Assembly: GCA_025457885.1 (NCBI GenBank)
Contig: JALOTN010000006.1
Span: 5,635 to 69,634, forward strand
Direction of reading: 5' to 3'
Source: Thermoplasmatota archaeon
Lineage (GTDB): Archaea > Thermoplasmatota > E2 > DHVEG-1
DNA: 64,000 bases
Shown here: one piece after another, positions 58,393-64,000 of the stretch
How the letters are laid out: each line of letters opens with the position of its first letter
How positions within the stretch are numbered: the stretch's first letter is position 1
Position numbers and translations under genes: made by a program
The notes under the pieces: model-generated
The model's input: the letters and a program-made list of their open reading frames with translations, nothing else
Database searches by the model: none
Told to the model about the DNA's origin: nothing

Positions 58393-59139
58393 GTGTACCA
58401 TGGGGGGCGTCACATGAGAACCACCTGCAACTATCCCTGTTTCCGAACCAAGGAAAAACAGATTTCAAAGAGAGAGCAAAAAACACAACCTCTTCAGCTT
58501 GTATTTTTCGATATGGACGGAGTCCTGCTTGATACCGTCAGCTCATGGAAATACATCCATGAACAATTTGGGACAACCAATGAACGATCCATCATGCCAT
58601 ACCTACGAGGAGACATTGATTATCTCGAGTTCATCCGACGAGATGTCTCCCTCTGGCGAACCAATGGAGAAGCAGTCAGCAAAAAAACCCTTGAAAACAT
58701 CCTGTACTCCATCCCATTTATACCCGGTGTACAAGAAACAATCTCCTATCTAAAAAACCAGGGGATCAGAACCGCGATCGTCACTGCTGGCCTTGACATC
58801 CTTGCTGAAAAAGTCGCTGGCGAGGTTGGAATTGACTACACCTACGCAAACGCGGTAAAGGTCGGAGCAGACGGACGACTAACCGGTGAAGGCGTCCTCC
58901 AAGTAGAACTCATGCAGAAGGATAAAAACGTCCGAGACCTGGTAAAAAAACTCAATCTCCCCTTGACAGCGTGCGCCGCGGTGGGGAACTCCTGTTTCGA
59001 CATCCCCATGCTGGAGGTCTGTGGCATTGGGATCGCATTTAACCCTGAGGATACCTGCATCATTCATAACGCTGATGTAGTGGTCACTGAAAAAGATTTA
59101 CGGAAACTCATCCCCACCTTCCAGAAATACCTCTCCTGA
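58393..59139 (+). CDS. HAD-IB family hydrolase, phosphoserine phosphatase (SerB)-like; start uncertain
   Basis: HAD motif I FFDMDGVLLDT, motif II TAIVTAG, motif IV GNSCFDIPML...IAFNP. SerB-like layout. Confidence 0.55.
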   Translation: MYHGGRHMRTTCNYPCFRTKEKQISKREQKTQPLQLVFFDMDGVLLDTVSSWKYIHEQFGTTNERSIMPYLRGDIDYLEFIRRDVSLWRTNGEAVSKKTLENILYSIPFIPGVQETISYLKNQGIRTAIVTAGLDILAEKVAGEVGIDYTYANAVKVGADGRLTGEGVLQVELMQKDKNVRDLVKKLNLPLTACAAVGNSCFDIPMLEVCGIGIAFNPEDTCIIHNADVVVTEKDLRKLIPTFQKYLS

Positions 59140-59268
59140 CCGATTTTTTCTTCACTACGAAAGGGACTGATCGACTGATCATCCTTTCGTTGACAAGATA
59201 TTGAATCATGGAAAATCATCTGTCGATACCTTTTAATCTGTCTTCACCTATGTCGCAGCTCGATAGCT

Positions 59269-60600
59269 ATGGTTCTTGATAATCTTGGGGATTCCCTCAA
59301 AAGGACGATCAAAAAAATCGCAAACGCAGTCCATGTCGACGCAACTCTCGTCAAAGAAATCGTCCGAGACATACAACGCGCGCTCCTCCAATCCGATGTC
59401 AACGTCAAACTCGTCCTAGAGCTTTCAAAAAAGATAGAGCAACGTGCCTTAGAGGAAAAACCACCCGCTGGTATGACCAACCGGGAGCATGTCATCCATA
59501 TCGTCTATGATGAGCTAGTCCATATCATTGGAGCATCCCGGGAGCTGGCTATTCGCAAACAAGTCATCATGATGGTCGGTTTATACGGACAAGGAAAAAC
59601 CACGAGTTGTGGGAAACTAGCGACCTATTTTAAAAGAAAAGGATTACGACCCGTGCTGATCGCCGGGGATGTGCATCGACCAGCTGCCTATGAACAACTC
59701 CAACAAATCTCCGAACAGGTTGAAGTCCCTTTCTATGGGGATAAATCAGAGAAAAACGCAGTCCGCGTCATCAAAGACGGCCTGGATAAATTCAAACGTG
59801 TCGCGGATGTCATCATCGTCGATACCTCCGGTCGACATAAACTTGAGGATGATTTAATCACCGAGATGAAAGATATCTTCAAAACCATCAAACCCGATGA
59901 GAAACTCCTGGTCATGGATGCTGCGATGGGCCAACAAGCTGGTCCGCAAGCAAAAGCCTTCAACGATGCCATCGGCATCACAGGTATAGTCCTCACCAAA
60001 CTTGACGGGACTGCGAAAGGAGGCGGGGCGTTATCAGCGGCAGCAGAAGTCGGTGCCCCTATCGTGTTCGTCGGGACTGGTGAACATTCCACTGATTTTG
60101 AGAAATTCGACCCCTCCGGGTTCATCTCCCGGCTCCTTGGGATGGGTGACATCAAATCACTCTTAGAGCGAGCTGAGGAAAGCATGAAAGGCAAGGATGC
60201 GGAAAAAACCGCTCGAAAACTCATGTCCGGGAAGTTTAACCTCAACGACATGTACGAGCAGATGAACATGATCTCTGGGATGGGGCCTTTATCAAAGATA
60301 GCAGAGATGCTCCCTGGCGGTATGTCCGGGAAACTCAAAAACGTAGACATGGATGAAACCCAGGGGAAACTGAAACGATTCCGGATCATCCTTGATTCCA
60401 TGACTAACCAGGAACGGGAAAACCCCGACTGCATCCAAGCCTCACGCATCCGGCGGATCGCCAAGGGTGCCGGGGTGGAAAATAAGGATGTCAAAGAAGT
60501 ACTGAAATATTATAACATGACGAAACGGATGATGAAAGGATTTTCCAGTGACCGAAAAATGCGTCGGAACCTCATGCGACAACTTGATTTTGGGAAATAA
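59269..60600 (+). CDS. srp54: signal recognition particle protein SRP54
   Basis: N domain, G domain (GLYGQGKTTSCGKLA, DTSGRH, TKLDGTAKGGGALS) and Met-rich M domain (MYEQMNMISGMGPLSKIAEMLPGGMSG). Confidence 0.9.
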   Translation: MVLDNLGDSLKRTIKKIANAVHVDATLVKEIVRDIQRALLQSDVNVKLVLELSKKIEQRALEEKPPAGMTNREHVIHIVYDELVHIIGASRELAIRKQVIMMVGLYGQGKTTSCGKLATYFKRKGLRPVLIAGDVHRPAAYEQLQQISEQVEVPFYGDKSEKNAVRVIKDGLDKFKRVADVIIVDTSGRHKLEDDLITEMKDIFKTIKPDEKLLVMDAAMGQQAGPQAKAFNDAIGITGIVLTKLDGTAKGGGALSAAAEVGAPIVFVGTGEHSTDFEKFDPSGFISRLLGMGDIKSLLERAEESMKGKDAEKTARKLMSGKFNLNDMYEQMNMISGMGPLSKIAEMLPGGMSGKLKNVDMDETQGKLKRFRIILDSMTNQERENPDCIQASRIRRIAKGAGVENKDVKEVLKYYNMTKRMMKGFSSDRKMRRNLMRQLDFGK

Positions 60601-60613
60601 ACCACCAGGGACT

Positions 60614-61948
60614 ATGCAAGTGAAGAATCAACAGGAACTGATTCTGAATGGAACAACACCAATTCTTCAGCAGAAACGACAAGATGTCCTGGAAATGCTC
60701 ACCGCTGCCCTTGATGCAGTACAACCAGCACAGGTCATCAGTCGTGTCATACGAGATTCACAGCTTTTGTTTCCCTCAGAAACCATTGACCTAGCAACGT
60801 TTGACCATGTGTATGTTATCGGTTTTGGAAAAGCAAGTGTTGGGATGACCCAAGCAGTCCTTAATGCGACGACAGTGACGAGAGGAGTGATCATTACAAA
60901 TGACGCCCAAGCAACACTGAACCATCCCTCTCTTGAGGTCGTCCTGGGAGGTCATCCGTTGCCAAATGAAGGAAGCATCCAGGGCACCGAAAAAATCCTT
61001 CAGCTGCTCCATGACTGCTCAGAAAATGATTGTGTCCTTGTCCTCATCTCTGGTGGAGGCTCCTCCTTGTTCTGCAAACCCCGTGTCCCCCTTTCTGATC
61101 TCCAACACACCATTGATCTACTGATCCGATCAGGCGCCATCATCCAGGAGATCAACACCATCCGGAAACACCTTTCATATGTTAAAGGTGGTCAACTCCC
61201 AACACAGACGAAGGCGACGTTATTCTCCTTGATTATCTCTGATGTCATCCATGATTCCCTCAGCACTATTGCCTCAGGTCCAACTGTAGCAGATCCAACC
61301 ACATTTGAGGATGCAGAGGAAATCCTTCAACGATATCAACTCTGGGGAAAGGTTCCCCCCTCTGTTCGAACGGTCATTAGAGACGGACGAAAAGGAAAGA
61401 TACCAGAAACACCAAAAGAAGATGCTGCCGTGTTTCAAAAGGTCTTCAACTACATCGTCGCCAACAACGAGGTAGCCTGCCAGACGGCGATAAACAAGGC
61501 AATCGAACTTGGTTATGATGCAAAACTACTGACGACCGCGTTAGCTGGCGAAGCAAAAACCCTTGGAAGGTATCTCGTTAATCGGATTTACAATAGTATA
61601 GCAAAGGATCGTGCTGCGTTCATCAGTGGCGGTGAGCCAACCGTGACCGTCCAAGGTCCTGGTATTGGGGGGCGGAACCAGGAGCTAGTCCTTGGATGTA
61701 TCCAGGACATCGCAGACAGCGACATGGTTATCGCTTCGATGGCGACGGATGGCATCGATGGCAATAGCATGATGGCCGGGGCGATCGCAGATGGATGTTC
61801 CTTGTATCGTGCACAAAAAAAACAATTAATCCCTGATCGTTTTTTACAGGATAATGACGCTTCTACTTTCTTTTCTGCGCTTGGTGATTGCATAAAGACT
61901 GGTGCCACGGGGACGAATGTAATGGACATCCAGATCATATTACAATGA
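60614..61948 (+). CDS. glycerate 2-kinase (MOFRL family)
   Basis: VIGFGKASVGMTQAV, ISGGGSSL, ISGGEPTVTVQGPGIGGRNQELVLG. Start at ATG 60614, after the SRP54 stop. Confidence 0.75.
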   Translation: MQVKNQQELILNGTTPILQQKRQDVLEMLTAALDAVQPAQVISRVIRDSQLLFPSETIDLATFDHVYVIGFGKASVGMTQAVLNATTVTRGVIITNDAQATLNHPSLEVVLGGHPLPNEGSIQGTEKILQLLHDCSENDCVLVLISGGGSSLFCKPRVPLSDLQHTIDLLIRSGAIIQEINTIRKHLSYVKGGQLPTQTKATLFSLIISDVIHDSLSTIASGPTVADPTTFEDAEEILQRYQLWGKVPPSVRTVIRDGRKGKIPETPKEDAAVFQKVFNYIVANNEVACQTAINKAIELGYDAKLLTTALAGEAKTLGRYLVNRIYNSIAKDRAAFISGGEPTVTVQGPGIGGRNQELVLGCIQDIADSDMVIASMATDGIDGNSMMAGAIADGCSLYRAQKKQLIPDRFLQDNDASTFFSALGDCIKTGATGTNVMDIQIILQ

Positions 61949-62167
61949 TTCCGAAACACCTTTTTTCAAGGCACTAATAATAAACCTTTTAAGGGAGAAG
62001 TAGATAACAAATTGGGATGAACTCAATCAAAAAACTGTTCCAAAACTAATATATAAATATTTCGTATAATAATACTGACTGAGATAATGGAAATGCTATT
62101 TACTCCTTAAAAATCATGGGAACAAAAGTAATATAAAGAGTAAAAAATCTATATATGGAGATATAAT

Positions 62168-64000
62168 ATGTCCATCATGCGTTCACTTCATACGCCCATT
62201 ACACTGGGAATTAGTACTCTTTTACTACTAGGTCTTGTCGTTCAATACACCGAAGCAAGCTCCCAAGTCTATCCCACCGATGGAATCTGGGAGGATACCT
62301 TCGATGACCGCGCTGATGTTACCTTAACAAACTGTGATGTCCTTGGGGGAGCCATCGTCCTGAACACAACACTCAGCCAGGTCTCCTATAACTTTGCCGC
62401 CCAAAAAAATCATCAGGCGTATGCATTTCAATCCTTCATTTTCTTCCCTCTTTGGAAATACTACTCTCCCCAGCGCCATCTCACACGTGAAACAAAAATC
62501 GGCAGCAATGACCTTTATAAAATCAAAGCCCTCGACCAGGATTACGCAGAACGATCAAGTAAAGGAGTCCTCTTCAGCTACGTAGCCCATCATTTCCGAT
62601 TCAAGATTGATATCGACCCTGAGACCATCGATTATGTCCTTCTCCGTTGGTATGGAAAAGCAGATGCCAGATCAAACGTCAAATTCTATTACTATAACAC
62701 CAGCTACCTCCTCGTAGGAGGCTGGGAATCCCTAAGCAACAACGTTTCAGATGGAAATGACTTCTCGGTCGTTCTAAGAATACGAAGTGGACAACTGAAA
62801 CTTGCCATGAAGGACAGCGACTACCTCGATATCCTCGTTGTTGGCAATATCTTCTCCCGGGTCAGCACACTTTCAACAAACTACATTGAAGTCCTTGCAC
62901 AAACCTCCAAAGGATTCACCTTAAACGCGGCATCGGCAATCACAAAAACCGACATCGTCCCCTATAATCTCTCCACCATCCCCCGTACGAAATTTTATTG
63001 GGAGATGCTCACCTGGGATGATTATCAACCACCATCGACCGAGGCACGCTTTCATGTCCTCTATATGAACTCCACCGGGAAATTTCGAGAAGTAGAAGAA
63101 TCCGTCTTACCAGGAAACCATAACGGGTTTCTCACCAGCCCAGTCTATCTCAACAACCTCTCAAATGATGAATATGGAACAACATACAATAAATTGAAAA
63201 TCCTGGTGAACCTCTCAACTGATTCACCCGCGGTCTCCCCTCGAATTTTCAACTGGGCGTTAACATGGCAAAATAAAAGCCACTGGCATGATTCATTTAA
63301 TACGCTCTACCGGATAGAATCTCGGTCTAAAATCAATCTAGTGAATGGATCGATTATGATATCATCCACCCAAGATGAATGGCCTGTGTTCGGATATGAT
63401 ACTGCAAACACCCGCGCCTCTGCAGGAAAAGGTGCCACAAGCAATAACCTGTATTGGTTCAGCGCAGAAGATGTCGGTGGGGGATACCGTAACCCTATCA
63501 TAGGAAATGGTTTTGTTTATATCATCTCAGATGCAAACACCTTACATCAATACCCTATACTCTTATCAAACAGTGCAGATGAAGGGGAACCATTGGTGAA
63601 TAGTTCTCAAGTCTCCTTTGAATCCGAGTACGGCTTCGACAACCCTGTCGTCAGCTCCCCTGCTGCAACAGATTCTGTGGTGATCGTCGCAACAGGAAAA
63701 CAAGCACCCACCGGGACATCAAATTACATCTATGGGTTTTCCCATGACAATCTCTCCGCGATCTGGCCTGCTTATGAATATCCTGAAAAAATCTGCTATG
63801 ATGCATCACCTATAGTGGATGGTTCTTGGATATTTATCACTACCTGGGGTGGAGACAATAAAAGTTATCTCATGGAATCACAGCGGTACACGAATAATAA
63901 ACTTCTTGCGATGAAATTTAACGCTGTATCCGGAATCCAATCCGTAACCGATTACGAAATACCCGCTCCTAGTTTCTCCAGCCCTGCGGTCACCTCTGAT
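62168..64000 (+). CDS. partial (3-prime truncated by the window end) large secreted protein with PQQ/beta-propeller-like repeats
   Basis: Reading frame open from ATG 62168 to the window end. Signal peptide TLGISTLLLLGLVVQYTEA. Repeated ...NPIIGNGFVYIISD... and ...DASPIVDGSWIFITTWGGD... blades. Confidence 0.45.
   Translation, partial: MSIMRSLHTPITLGISTLLLLGLVVQYTEASSQVYPTDGIWEDTFDDRADVTLTNCDVLGGAIVLNTTLSQVSYNFAAQKNHQAYAFQSFIFFPLWKYYSPQRHLTRETKIGSNDLYKIKALDQDYAERSSKGVLFSYVAHHFRFKIDIDPETIDYVLLRWYGKADARSNVKFYYYNTSYLLVGGWESLSNNVSDGNDFSVVLRIRSGQLKLAMKDSDYLDILVVGNIFSRVSTLSTNYIEVLAQTSKGFTLNAASAITKTDIVPYNLSTIPRTKFYWEMLTWDDYQPPSTEARFHVLYMNSTGKFREVEESVLPGNHNGFLTSPVYLNNLSNDEYGTTYNKLKILVNLSTDSPAVSPRIFNWALTWQNKSHWHDSFNTLYRIESRSKINLVNGSIMISSTQDEWPVFGYDTANTRASAGKGATSNNLYWFSAEDVGGGYRNPIIGNGFVYIISDANTLHQYPILLSNSADEGEPLVNSSQVSFESEYGFDNPVVSSPAATDSVVIVATGKQAPTGTSNYIYGFSHDNLSAIWPAYEYPEKICYDASPIVDGSWIFITTWGGDNKSYLMESQRYTNNKLLAMKFNAVSGIQSVTDYEIPAPSFSSPAVTSD

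Noticed and set aside
1-64000. Search for a CRISPR array, cas genes, IS elements, integrases, phage or plasmid genes
   Set aside because: I saw no regularly spaced direct repeats on reading the intergenic regions, and no ORF with transposase or integrase motifs. This was a visual scan without tools, so short degenerate arrays could have been missed.

Overview
This 64 kb window looks like chromosomal archaeal DNA with no recognisable mobile element, integrase, transposase or CRISPR array. Archaeal markers include the L7Ae-S28e-L24e ribosomal operon, MBF1, archaeal-type triosephosphate isomerase, MfnA, the thiolase/HMG-CoA synthase/DUF35 mevalonate trio, an Sm-like protein, SRP54 and a tRNA-Ile(GAU). 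Housekeeping genes recognised include deoxyhypusine synthase, a Memo-like protein, MetAP2, TsaC, PheS, glutamine synthetase, PIMT, carbamate kinase, a DRG GTPase, Rpe, a convergent hutH/hutU pair, M28 peptidase, glycerate 2-kinase and a SerB-like HAD phosphatase. Between these lie many secreted or surface proteins of unknown function. The main accessory content, in order of interest: (1) a translationally coupled tandem pair of ~850-890 aa paralogous multi-pass membrane proteins, each carrying two DUF4350/GldG-like extracytoplasmic domains, at 8044-13238; (2) a dispersed family of three secreted proteins sharing a PKD-like WDWGDG...W(Y/M)GPY module, one with parallel beta-helix repeats; (3) an expansion of gingipain-like clan CD cysteine-peptidase-like proteins, including a 1239 aa protein with two PPC domains and a tandem pair; (4) an orphan SPPY-type DNA methyltransferase next to an unassigned radical SAM enzyme near the tRNA; (5) a radical SAM protein with an N-terminal rubredoxin-like zinc ribbon and C-terminal Cys cluster, possibly a tetraether lipid synthase; (6) a histidine ammonia-lyase with Ala-Cys-Gly instead of Ala-Ser-Gly at the MIO site; (7) a 25-nt poly-T tract between convergent genes and a creatininase-family gene with no canonical start codon. 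All calls rest on motif recognition by eye; no database search was run.
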